Under the pieces are notes generated by a model. That model saw nothing but the letters and a program-made list of their open reading frames with translations. It searched no databases and was not told where the DNA came from. A DNA stretch of 63,984 nt, the filler included, from Reclinomonas americana ATCC 50394 (Eukaryota): assembly GCA_048213135.1 (NCBI GenBank). It is 10 parts of 7 records of this genome, joined end to end, with 100 filler letters (N's around TTAATTAATTAA, not from the genome) between each part and the next. Parts side by side here need not be neighbours in the genome. Positions count along the whole stretch, not along the records: positions 1 to 11,540 come from PS015688.1; positions 11,641 to 22,146 come from PS015688.1; 8 more parts are not named here. One strand, given 5' to 3'. A program made the position numbers and the translations under genes. Shown here piece after piece: positions 1 through 12,500 of the stretch (position 1 is its first letter; each line of letters starts with the position of its first letter).

Positions 1-319
1 AGTGGAGGGAGGCGGAGGGGGAATGGGAAGGGGGAGAAGGGGGGAGAAGGAGGGAGATGGAGGGAGAAGGGGGTGAAGGGGTGAAGGGGAGAAGGGGAGA
101 AGGTAAGATGGGGAGAAGGGGAGGATGAGGAGGCAAAATAGGGAAAGACGAGTGAGAGAGTCACAAGTGAGACATAGAAATCCACAGACGGAGTAAGAGG
201 GACGAGAGGAAAGTGAGCGAGGCGATGGGAGAGAGACAAGAAGGAGCGCGAAGACGGCAAATGATAGAAGGTAGAGTGAATGACGCTGAGACAGAAGGAG
301 AAGATGAACAAACTCCTCT

Positions 320-2610
320 GCACCACTCACCACCCGCCGCCTCGCTGCCACCAATGGCATTGGCCACACACGGAGGAACTGCCGTGCGCAGCACGTACGA
401 TTTCGAATGCTCGGCAGCGGAGTCGGGAAGCAGGCATTCGGCGGCGACCAGCTGCGTGTTCCACGGCGACAATTGCGGGTCGATGGATGAGGGATAGTAG
501 TCGAGATCGCCACTGTCGCAGAGGTGAGCGCAGAGAGAAACGGAGAGAGGTGGACAGGGAGGAGCGCACCGCAAGATGCGCAGATTGTACTCTTCGTCCT
601 CCTCGATGCGCTTGCGAGTGGCGGTCTCCAGGCGCTTGTATGTCAGTTCGACGTCGCGATCGAGCCAGCCGGGGCGGGTGACTTGTGACTGCGGGGGGAA
701 GAGAAGATGAGATGAGGGTTCAAGGAAGGGTGTAGTTAGGGACAGAGCCAAGGATCCTAGCATTGTGCTTATTCATGCTGCAGGCCAACGCATTACGAGT
801 TCCTTCTCTTTCCTGTTACCACACCTCCCTCATTCATATCTCTTCCCCGCAAACCATGTCATCACTTCTCTTTTCTCAGCCTGTGACTATGAATCGACAC
901 AGAGCGCACAACGAGCTGACTGTGTCCTTCTCTTTGTTACGTCTCCTCGAGATGTCTCCACTACGTCTTTCTCTATGACTTTCTCCCTCTCACTCCCTTA
1001 CCTTTCCCTCCCCTCCCCTCCCCACCCCACGCAACACTGTGATGATACTCGCTGTGATGATGATGCGGGTGCTCGTGATGCTCATGCTCATGATCGTGGT
1101 GGTAGTGCGGGTGATGCAGCTCGTGCGTCAAGAAGTCACCATACTCCTTCAACTGCACCGCTCGGTGGTACACCAGGTGCATGTGCGCCGGGTGCACGAC
1201 GTCGACACGGATACGACCGTCGGGCTGCATGCTGTACTCGCACCGTTCGTGGTCGAGTTGGCAAACGTACTGCAGGAAGGATTCTGGGGCGGAGGCAAGA
1301 GGTGAGCGATGATGGATTGGGGTGAGGGTTGGCGGTTGGACGTGCGAACCGGCAGTGCACGTATCGAGAAAGTCGTCGTAGAGGCCGGCGGCGATGCGGG
1401 CAATGTTGACGGCGGCGGCTGTGGGGAGGGGAAGAGGGAAGGGGGGAGATTGAGAGAGATATAGCGAGGGATGAACAGAGGAGGAAATCGTCAAGAAGAG
1501 AGAAGCGGAGCAGGAAGAGAAGAGAGAGGTCGGAGTATTAAATGCGAATGAAAGAGGAGGGAGTGAGAGGGAAGAGAAGAAATGTGAAGGAGGGAGACAG
1601 AGAGAGAGCGACTGACAGTGAGAGAGAGAGAACGAGCGACAGTGAGAGAACGAGCGACAGTGAGAGAACGAGCGACAGTGAGAGAACGAGCGACAGTGAG
1701 AGAACGAGCGACAGTGAGAGAACGAGCGACAGTGAGAGAGAGAGAACGAGCAACAGTGAGAGAGAGAGACAGTGAGAGAGAGAAGGAGCGACAGTGAGAG
1801 AGAGAGAACGAGCGATAGTGAGAGAAAGAGAACGAGCGATAGTGAGAGAGAGAGAACGAGCGACAGTGAGAGAGAGAGAACGAGCGACAGTGAGAGAGAG
1901 AGAGAACGAGCGTACAGTGAGAGAGAGAGAGAGAACGAGCGACTGAGAGAGAGAACGAGCGCGCGCGCCAGTGAAACAGAGAACGAGAGGAAGGGAGAAT
2001 GACAGGTTGGAGACACCGCAGCGAGAAGGGATTGCGAGACGCATCCTGCTCCCGATATGAGAGAGAGCACACGGGACAGAGAATGAAGAAGACAGACACT
2101 GAAAGAACGATCAATTAGGGTTTGAGCGGAAACAGGATGACCGGGCGTCCGAGCGAGAAGAAAAAGAAGATGAGGAACGGAATCACACCTGGCGCCGTCT
2201 CCGAGAGTCGTCGAACACAGGCGCGACGAAGGAGCTGTGACCACACCACAATCAATGAGGGTGCGACACAATCAACGACAACAGCGAAGCACTGAACTGG
2301 AAGCTCCAGGAAATCGGCAGCCACGGCCACGTCGCGAATGCGGTCGACAGAGTGCAGCCAGTCGCCTTCGCTCGACATGAACTTGCGAAGAACGGAGCGG
2401 TGTTCCTTGCGGGTGACGGGGTCGGAGGGGCCTGTGCAGGGGGGTGGAAGGGTGAGAGAGGGAGAAGGGAGAAGGGAGGGAGAAGGGAGAGAAAGGACAG
2501 GGGAAGAGAATGACATTGAGGAAATGGCATAGAACAACCCCAAAGGAAGGCGCGATAGAGAGAGAGCGAGAGAGAAAGAGTGAAGAAGAGGCAAAGGAAG
2601 AAGAAGAAGA

Positions 2611-2688
<78 letters not shown>

Positions 2689-3648
2689 GAGGANNNNNNN
2701 NNNNNNNNNNNNNNNNNNNNNNNNNNNNNNNNNNNNNNNNNNNNNNNNNNNNNNNNNNNNNNNNNNNNNNNNNNNNNNNNNNNNNNNNNNNNNNNNNNNN
2801 NNNNNNNNNNNNNNNNNNNNNNNNNNNNNNNNNNNNNNNNNNNNNNNNNNNNNNNNNNNNNNNNNNNNNNNNNNNNNNNNNNNNNNNNNNNNNNNNNNNN
2901 NNNNNNNNNNNNNNNNNNNNNNNNNNNNNNNNNNNNNNNNNNNNNNNNNNNNNNNNNNNNNNNNNNNNNNNNNNNNNNNNNNNNNNNNNNNNNNNNNNNN
3001 NNNNNNNNNNNNNNNNNNNNNNNNNNNNNNNNNNNNNNNNNNNNNNNNNNNNNNNNNNNNNNNNNNNNNNNNNNNNNNNNNNNNNNNNNNNNNNNNNNNN
3101 NNNNNNNNNNNNNNNNNNNNNNNNNNNNNNNNNNNNNNNNNNNNNNNNNNNNNNNNNNNNNNNNNNNNNNNNNNNNNNNNNNNNNNNNNNNNNNNNNNNN
3201 NNNNNNNNNNNNNNNNNNNNNNNNNNNNNNNNNNNNNNNNNNNNNNNNNNNNNNNNNNNNNNNNNNNNNNNNNNNNNNTCATGTACGCCACGAGAACCTC
3301 CAGTGCATCGCCACCGATTTGCTCGAGAATGAGAGGAAGAGTGGAAGAGGGAGCAGAGAGAGGAAGAGAAGGAACAGAGGAGTCAGTCATGGCGTTGTGA
3401 GAGAGAGAAGAAGAGAAGAAGAGCAGTGTCCTCTCTCGCATGCAGTATTGGTCAATTGCTTTCATTCCTCCCTCCTTTCTCTCTCTCTCTTCTGTCTCTT
3501 CCTCTTCTCCTTCTCCTCCTCCTCCTCCTTCACTCTGCGCCGTCATGTACGCCACGAGAACCTCCAGTGCATCGCCATCGACTTGCTCGAGAATGAGAGG
3601 AAGAGTGGAAGAGGGAGCACGGAGAGAGGAGGAGGAGGAGTCAGTCAT
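320..3648 (-). CDS. Multi-exon BTB/POZ(-BACK)-like protein with His-rich segment; partial, crosses an N gap and probably continues past the left edge
   Basis: Spliced pieces read LPLILEQVDGDALEVLVAYM (~3545-3648), ...DRIRDVAVAADFLELP|LLRRACVRRL (~2190-2432; resembles the BTB C-terminal 'AAD.L.L..L...C...L' motif), AAVNIARIAAGLYDDF (~1360-1420), a His-rich exon (~1035-1300) and exons at ~568-690 and ~325-528. Each is flanked by GT/AG and polypyrimidine tracts. Start codon and exon edges are approximate. Confidence 0.45.
1610..1975. repeat. Intronic tandem minisatellite, unit ~ACAGTG(AG)nAACGAGCG, 18-26 nt
   Basis: About 15 visible copies with a variable-length (AG)n core. Confidence 0.9.
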
Positions 3649-4203
3649 GATGGCGTTCTGTGTGTGAGAGAGAAGAGCAGTGTCCTTTCTCGCATGAATA
3701 TATGGAATTGCTTTTGCTTTCTCGCTCACCATCGTCTTCCGCACTCCCAGTTCATCATCTTTCACTTCTTCATCATTCCCTTCTTCTCCTCCTCCTCGCA
3801 CGATCCACTTCATCATGCTACCGCTCCTCACATGCAATCACCCGAGCTCAATCGTCGCCGCCGCACTTGCAGCCAGTGACATGCGCAGCCAACCGTCAAG
3901 TACTGTTTATTGAAATCTGCACTCACCAAGGTATTCTCTTTCTCTCTCTCATTCCTCCCCATATGCATCTATTGCCTCCTCGCCCACATTGTACACCAAG
4001 GCAATTGCAAGGCAATGCAGCGCATCTGGGGATTGTTGCTGCCAAACTCACAAGTATCGAGAAGTTCACTCCAAACCGCGAACACCTGCATGATAATCTC
4101 TATCGTGTCAATCAATAGCGCTCGCGTCGTCGTTTTTCATCGCCAGCAGGGCTCACATCATCGCTATCGAACTAAAACTCTTTCGTCCTCCTCATCCTCT
4201 TCG

Positions 4204-7200
4204 TCACCCCCGTCCACCCTCGTCGGTCACTTCCTCAAGGCCGACACCACCCACAGCACCTAGCGCGTTGGTGAAATCGGGCAAGACGGTACCGAGAATG
4301 CGCTCCACAAGCCCACGAGCGTTTCGACGCATCAAAAAGATCCTCTTGCCGGACACACGGGCGGTGCACGCAGAATCGAACGCCATGCAGCGAAGATAAG
4401 TCACAGAATCCGGGGCAGGAGTCACTAGATCTGCCTGCTCATCAAGAGGCACTTCTTCTCCAGTCGGTAGTGACCAAACCCGTACTTCTCCACGACCACA
4501 GCGACTCACGATGTACTGGCCATCAGGAGTGACGTCGACACACCGCACCCCATCTACGTGTCCCTCCAGTCGTAGCAATTCCTCTCCACTCGCCAGTGAC
4601 CACACTCGCACTGTTTCATCCAAACTGCCACTTACGATGTGCTGGCCATCAGGAGTGACGTCGACACACCGCACCCCATCTACGTGTCCCTGCAGTCGGC
4701 GCACCTCCTCGCCACTGGCCAGTGACCACACTCGCACTGGGTTGTCAAAGATGCCGCCACAGCTCACAATGTGGTGACCATCACGAGCGACGATGACACA
4801 TTGCACCCAATTAGTGTGTCCCAGCAGCCACCGCACTTCTTGTCCACTCGCCAATGACCAAACCCGCACTGTGTTGTCCCCACCTCCGCTGACAATGTGC
4901 TGACCATCGGGAGTCACGACGACACATGTCACCCACTCAGTGTGTCCTTCCAATCGCCGCAACTCTTCTCCACTCGCCAACGACCACACGCGCACTGTCT
5001 TGTCACGGCCTCCGCTGACAATGTACTGACCATCGGGAGTGACGGCAACACACGCAACAGCACCATCGTGTCCCTCAAATCGTCGCAATTCTTCTCCACT
5101 CGCCAAAGACCACACCCGAATAGTCCCGTTCCGACCCCCACTCACAGCGTGTTGACCGTCTGGAGAAACAGCAAATGCTGAGGGTATTCCTTCCACCTTC
5201 CGCAGTTCCTCGCCTGTTGACACAGACCACATCCTCACCGTGCCATCATCACCGGCACTCACAGCATGCTGACAATCGTGGGAGAGCGCAACTGAACGCA
5301 CCAATCCGGTGTGTCCACCCAACCGTCGTACACCTTCATCACCTATCACAGGCCACATTCGTACTGTCATATCTTCACTCCCACTCACGACGAACTGACC
5401 ATCAGGAGTAATCGTGATTGAACGCAGTTGACCAGTGTGTCCCTCCAACCGCCGCACCTCTCCACCACTAGCCAGTGACCAAACTCGCGCAGTCGAGTCC
5501 CCACTCCCGCTGACAACGTGCTGCCCATCAGGAGTGACGGCGACAGTGTACACTGCGGTAGTGTGTCCCTCGAACCGTCGCACTTCTTCTCCATTCGCCA
5601 TCGACCACACTCGTACAGTCTTATCCAAACTGCCACCCAGAATGTACTGGCCATCGGGTGTTACTGCCACTGCATACACCCTATCAGTGTGGCCTTCCAG
5701 ACGGAGCACCTCATCGCCACTTGTCAGTGACCACACCCGTACACTCCTGTCATCACTGCCGCTCACAATGTGCTGGCCATCAGGTGTCACTGCCACTGCA
5801 TTCACCTCACCCGTGTGCCCTTCCAGTCCACGCACCTCCTCACCAGTTGCCAGTGACCACACCCGTACATCGTCCCAGCTGCCACTCACGACGTGCTGGC
5901 CATCAGGTGTCACTGCCACTGCAGATACCCCACCCGTGTGCCCTTTCAGTCGGCGCACCTCCTCGCCACTTGCCACCGACCACACCCGCACAGTCTCGCC
6001 CCAACCGCCACTCACAATGTGCTGGCCATCGGGTGTCACTGCCACTGCATCCACCCAACTCGTATGGCCTTCCAGTCGGCGCACCTCCTCGCCACTCGCC
6101 ACCGACCACACCCGTACAGTCTTGTCCCAACTGCCACTCACAATGTACTGGCCATCGGGTGTCGCTGCCACTGCCCGCACCCCACTAGTGTGTCCTTCCA
6201 TCGGCTTCCTCGGCCACTTCGCACCCATCACATCCGCCCCCCTGAAATCCGCCTCCCTCGCAAACGCCATGCACACATTCACCTCTCTCATATCCGCCCC
6301 GCTCCACACCGTCCTGTGCATCACCGCATCCCTCAAATCCGCACCCCGCACTCGCACACCGGACAGATCGCGCCCACTGAACGACACTTGTGCCACACAC
6401 AACACCGTTGCTGCATTCGCCGCTGCCGTCACCAGTCGCTCCTCATCCACCTTTCGTGACAAATCAATCACCTCCCACAGTCTCGCTTGCAATCGAGGAG
6501 ACCGTCGCACCACCTCGGCCATCTGCTCCACCAGCGATGGTCTATCGTTCAGCAGTCGCACCGCCAACACATGCTGCTGCACATCTTGCATCGTCAACCT
6601 CCTCTCCTCATCCCACGTCTCCCACGCAAACACATGCCGCGCCACACAGTGCTCCAGAAACGACAGATGCACGAAACCCCACTGTGTCGTCCCATACCGT
6701 CGCACAATCGGACAGCACACTCGCACATGCTGGTTCTTGTGACCGAGGAACTTGTCAAACGGTCCCTCTTCCACTCGTCGCAAGGCGAGTGGCGCACCAC
6801 CAAACTCAGCAATATCTTCTTCAAATGCCCGCTCCTCCGACGTCACACGCACCACATTCCTCTCATGCATCAAGCGTGCCAGTCCCTCACAGAATGCCAG
6901 ACACGTCTCCTCACTCGGCACATGCTCCGCATGAAGACGCGTCTGTCTCTCCTGCTCCCTCACGATCCACTGTCGAATGAATCGGTCAAACACATCGCGT
7001 CGAGTCGGTCGCTGCACACCACTCGCTACTAACTTCGGCAGCACACGAGCCACCACGGCCAGCAGGAACGGATTCGACACCAGTGCATCCAGTCCATGCA
7101 CACTCTTCAGTGCATGAATGTACTCCTCGGCAGTCGACCATCGCACGTCACCGTCATCATCATCACCGCCCAATCGTACCAGTCTCACGAAATACTCCTC

Positions 7201-8995
7201 TATCTGCTCCTTGTTGAACGGTGCAATGTGTCGCTCCATCTGATGTTGCATGCACAATTGTCCTCGTGCATCCACCGGTGCAAAGTACCGTCGATACAGC
7301 GTCGCGCCACCCAATGCCGTCAGTGCATAATCGCCACGGCAGGTGATAATCACCTTCACATCACGACACACATCCAGCTGGTTCTTGACAAACAGATTCA
7401 CACCACGGTACAGCTCGTCGTATCCGTCAAGCAACAACAGCAGTGGATCCTCTTTCAATCGTCGCACATCCGACTCACTGAATCCCAACTCGGGCGACAG
7501 TCGCTCCAGTGCCTCCTCCAACAATCGCTCATCGGCGTTGCGCAAAGCACCAAGAGGCACACGAACAGGCACACGTCGACTCTCCCTCATCTGCCACTGC
7601 CGCCATGCTCGCCCTGCCAGCAGCGACATGGTGGTGGTCTTACCGGCGCCACTGTTGCCGAAGAGCACCAGCACACGCTGCGTGGTGTTGGTGTCGGAGA
7701 GGAATGCATCCACCTCGGTCAACAGATCCGTCATGCTGTCTCTCGACACGACGTCACGATCACGGGAGCACAGCAGTGGTACATACATTTGCATGTCCTT
7801 GCGCACACTCTCATCTTCGTGATAGTAGGCCATCTCACGCACAGCCAGTCGATGAAGTCGCTCCTCGAATGTGCTGACACTAAAGTCGAGATGGCGCGCT
7901 TCACGGATACGAGCAGTGAATCGAGTACACTCATCATCCGTCAACTGCAGTCGACAGAGGATGGAGAGGAAGACACCGCCATCACCAAGGTACTCCTGCA
8001 CACTGTCGTGTGTCAATAGCAACTCATCGTGTTTCAGCTTGTTTCTGACACAATGCAGCTCCTCGACTGCCTTCCGTTCATCAGCATTGTCAATCAATAG
8101 CAGCTTGCGACCGTCATCTTCAACAAAGCCACCATACAGCATGACGGAGGTGAGAGCCGTCGTGTCGAAACCGTCACACTGAGGGTCGGATGATGGATTG
8201 GCGTCGAATGCTGCACGCCAGGCCAACAACAAAGGCTGCTTCTCCTCAAAAAGCCTGACTCGTGAGGGGTGGAGCGGCGCGTGGCGCTCACGCCACGCTT
8301 TCACAGCCGCCGCATCCATGCCTGCTGGGGAGAAGCTCGGCACCCACGCCCGTACATCAAAATCGGGATTGTCGCGACTGAACTTCGCCAATACGCGTTG
8401 ACAGCGCAGACGCACGGCCTCCTCCACCACCTCAAAGGCCATGTTGATGCGCTGCAAGTTGATCATGCTGTGCGAGCACGTGAGCAACACCGACACAGAG
8501 AGCGACCTCCGCCTGACAACAACAAACCGCTCTGACGACACTGCCGACGAACTGGTCATGACGGAATACGAAGTACGCGAATGAGCTCGCACACAAACGG
8601 TTCACGCACAGATAGCCGACGCACCTTGCAATTCCGCGCACGGCAGTAGCAGCGGCTGCGGCAGCATGGGACACGGTCACCCGCACGACCAGCTGCGTGC
8701 TGGCCTTGATGCCCAAGCTACGCAGCTTCATCACAGGCGCGTCCTCCAAGTCGTACTCCATCGGCTTTTCCACTCCCACAATCTCCACCTGCTCATCTCC
8801 ACTCTTCTCACGCAGCAAACGCGTGGCCTCGCGCAGCAAGTCCGCGAGAGTGGACATGGCCGACATGCCCTCGACCACCACCGACAGCGACGAATCATGC
8901 GCCGCACTCACATTCACAGAGAACTGCGTGTGTGCATTGGTCAGTGCCACGAACACACGCACACGCAAAGGCACACGCCGCCAAACCGTTGACAT
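4204..8995 (-). CDS. NLR-like STAND protein: N-terminal ubiquitin-like (?) domain, HEPN domain, NACHT NTPase, pentapeptide repeat, 14 WD40 repeats
   Basis: Model: exon 1 8995-8625 (ATG at 8995, donor GTGCGT), 24-nt exon 8551-8528, 60-nt in-frame intron 8527-8468, long exon 8467-4204 (TGA). Motifs: FDTTALTSVML...ELHCVRNKLKH (RxxxxH at 8046-8029); Walker A GNSGAGKT (7659-7636); Walker B LLLLLDGYDEL; NPFLL; GFVHLSFLE; AAANAATVL...FSGRDLSGVRVRGADLRDA pentapeptides (~6383-6213); 14 GH...W repeats (6201-~4450). Confidence 0.9.
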
Positions 8996-9079
8996 GGTGT
9001 GCTCTCCAACAGCAAGTCAGGATGATTGTGTCCTCTTGCCTGTCCTGAGAGACAGACAGAGGAAGAGCAAGAGAGAGGA

Positions 9080-9218
9080 ATGTCTCTGCGGTACCGCATG
9101 CGTCTGAGGACGACTGGTGCCGCCGGCAACAATGCGCTGCTCTCGTTCCCAGAGACAGCCACAGTGCGTGACTTTCTCGAGCAGATCAAGAGCACCAGTG
9201 GTGTGCCAGCGTTTCAAG

Positions 9219-9273
<55 letters not shown>

Positions 9274-9506
9274 AGGAGGAGGAGAAAGCACAGAGAGACA
9301 AGAGAGTGTGAGGCATGAGAAAGAGAAAGATCAAGGAGAGGAAGAAGCAGAAGAAGAAGGGACGAGAGAGTGTTATCAGAGAGTGCAAGACATGAGAGAC
9401 TGCGTGAGAATGAGTGTGTGGGAGAGAGGGAGAGGGAGTGAGAAGCGAGGCAGAGAAGCAGAGTCAAAGAGAAGCACAGAATCGTCAGTGCAATCATGTG
9501 AGAGCT

Positions 9507-9552
<46 letters not shown>

Positions 9553-12500
9553 CATCAAGAGCTGAGAGTGATCAACAGTGAGCTCACATTCGCACATCAC
9601 TGACAACATCATCTTTCTGCTGTTGTCTGTTTCCTCACTCATTCTCTCTCTCAGTGCTTGCCGGTCAACCACCGAAACCTGTCACCTTCCGCTCACTGAG
9701 TGAGCCTCTGGCGGTGGCGTTTCCGTCGGGCGAGGCGTTTTGGGTCGACACGGCCGTGGCGCGATCGCCGTATGCCGATTTGCCAGAGTCGGAGACCGCC
9801 ACTGCTGCATCGTCGCAGTCGTCCTCCTCGTCGTCTGCATCGTCGCACGTGGTGAGAGTCTCATTTGTTACTCACTCTCTCTCTCTCACACACACACACA
9901 CTCACTCCATGGCCACCCTTGCTTTGGCTTGCCTCCGTACTCCATTGTGCCCCTTCTCCTGCCACAGTCTGCTCTCTTTGTTGTCTCGCTCACTCATGGT
10001 TGCTACTCTCTTACAGCCCTCACTCTCTTGTGACCTCTGATCACATCTCGTAGTCCGTTGTTTTCACTCTCTCGCGATCCCCACTCGCGTTCCTCTCACC
10101 GACTCACGGTTGCTGCTCTCCACCCTTGCTTGGCTTGCCTCCGTGCTCCATTGTGCCCCTTCTGCTCCCACAATCTCTGCTCTCTTTGTTGTCTCGCTCA
10201 CTCGCAGTCCTCACTTGCCTCCTCTCCTTGTCCGTTGTTTTCACTCTCTTCATGTTATCGCGATCCCCACTCGCGTTGGTCTCGCAGACGACATTGATTT
10301 CACCCTTGCTGTCGCTCTTCTATGTTCTCACGATCGCCCAGCCTCTCCTGATTGTCTTCTTGCCCTTGCTCTCGCTCTTCCACTCTCACTGACAGCTTTC
10401 TCTCTCCCATGCCGCCTCCTTCTCATGGACTGCTGCTGTATCGTGACCCTTCCCCCCCCCCCCTCCCCCTGCTCTCTCTCTCTCTCTCTTGTGCCTTGCT
10501 TGCTATCCCATGGTTTGTAATTCCGCATTTCACAATCCTCTCTCCCTTTCGTCTCAGCTCGCCCACTCACTCGTGCTGCTGTCTCACGTCATCCATTGTT
10601 CGTGCCCCATCTCACTCGATCACCTCCCCCCGCATCTCTCGATTTTCCATCTCGCACAATCTTGACTCTCCCGCTTTCCTCCCCTTCCTCACTTTATCAT
10701 CCCCCTCACTCCACCAACCAGGCCGGTGAACAAGCAGCCGCCCGCCCGCCACCCCCTGCCGCCTCTCAGTCCGACGAGCTGTACGCCAGCTCCGACTTGA
10801 CGGGCTCGTTTGACATTATGATTCGCAAGATGGAGGACGATAACAGCTGTTTGTTCTCGGCGGTAGGGTTCGTGAAAATAGTGGAAGGGGGAATGAGAGG
10901 ACAGGAAGGAGCATACTGCTTTGAAATCTCACTCAATCCTCCGTGGTTGTGCTCTGTTGCCTTCCGCCTGTCGCCACTCCTCTCTTCTGTATCCCTTCTG
11001 TATATTTACATGATGCGTGCACCACTCCCTTGTCTCGCTGAGGTCGCAGAGCGCCCTGCGTGAGTGGCGGCAGCGTTATGTGTGCGGAGACCAGCCGACA
11101 GTTCGCCAACGCGTATTCGTCGCTCATATTTGACACTGCGTGTGGGGTTGTGTGGGCTGTCACGCCTTCGTGTCAGTCTGTTTGTATGTCTGGAGAATCA
11201 TTTCCTGTCATTCTGTGCTTGTGTGAAGCTTTCTTTTACATCTCGTTGCATCTCCTCACTAATTCTCCTATTATGTCAACTCTGTGAGTGCGTCTGTCTC
11301 TGCACGTCACAATATTCTCGTTCGCTTCGTCGTTTCTGAGTCTGTGCTTCAGGCTCACGTAATTATCTTGACACTTGTTGCTTTCACGAGTCTCTTTCTC
11401 TCTCTATGCTTTTGGTTCGCCAGATCGCTCAGCTCACGCGCACACCGTCTTCTCCGTTCACACTTCTTCTCATTCTCCCTTCCCCATTCCCCTTCTCCCC
11501 CATCTCCCCTCCTCCCTCTCTCCTCTCTCTCCTCCTCCTCNNNNNNNNNNNNNNNNNNNNNNNNNNNNNNNNNNNNNNNNNNNNTTAATTAATTAANNNN
11601 NNNNNNNNNNNNNNNNNNNNNNNNNNNNNNNNNNNNNNNNCCTCCATCTCCCCCTCCTCTCCCCTCTCCCCCCTTCCCTTTCCCCTTCTCCTCCATTCTC
11701 CCCCTTTTTCTCCCCCCTTCTCCCCTTCCCTCTCATTCCCCTTCTCCCCCTCTCCAGCTACGCCATGGAAGGCCAGCGCTCGCTCGCCCCCAAACTCCGC
11801 AACCTCTGCGCCGACATGGTCACCGCCGACCCCGACCGCTGGAACGAACTCGTCCTCGGCCGACCACCCACGCAGTACCGCCGATGGCTGCAGTCGCCCG
11901 ACTCGTGGGGTGGCGCCATTGAGGTGTCGATTTTGGCCGACTACTACCAGACGCAGATCACCGTGTGGAACATTCAGACGGGGCAGACGCTGCGATTTGG
12001 TGCGATGCATGCTTATTATTATAACGGTTTGGAATTCGCTCACATGCTGTCGGTGGCAGGGGAGGGCGAGGCGTATCCGCGACAGATTGCGCTGCTGTAT
12101 GATGGAATCCAGTTGCGTGGGACGGGCTCGCAGGGAGCCGTGGGATTCTCGAGACTGATTGCTCGTGGCATGCAGCTACGACACGTTTGCCGTGGCCCTC
12201 GACCCCGGCAGCGAGGTGTTCGACAAGACAGTGTTCGACAGCAACGACGAGATGCTTACGTTGAAGTGCATGTCGATTGTGGAGTCGATGAAGCAGGTGC
12301 GTGTGCAGTTCAACCATTCTCGTGCATGTCTGCATGTCCGTCTGTTCAGCCGTCTTGCTGCTTTCCCTCGTGCCACCTCTCCGAGTCCTATTTCCCCTTT
12401 CGCCCTCGTACTTCTCCTTCTCTCTTCTCCTGTCTCCTTCCATTCTCCAACTTACTTTCTCTTCTCCTCTCCCCACCCTCTCTCCTTCCATCCCTACCTC

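Noticed and set aside
5435..6742. 435-aa plus-strand ORF and other ORFs overlapping the WD40 array
   Set aside because: Antisense shadows of the repetitive WD40 coding sequence.
9219..9654. (GA)n at intron 5' ends pairing with (CT)n at 3' ends as a splice-bridging RNA structure
   Set aside because: It fits a few introns (OTU1 intron 1, PLBD 27676-28285), but most long introns are pyrimidine-rich throughout, so the pattern is not consistent here.
11585..11596. TTAATTAATTAA as a biological motif (e.g. piggyBac TTAA target)
   Set aside because: It is always centred in exactly 44+44 Ns, so it is an assembly linker.
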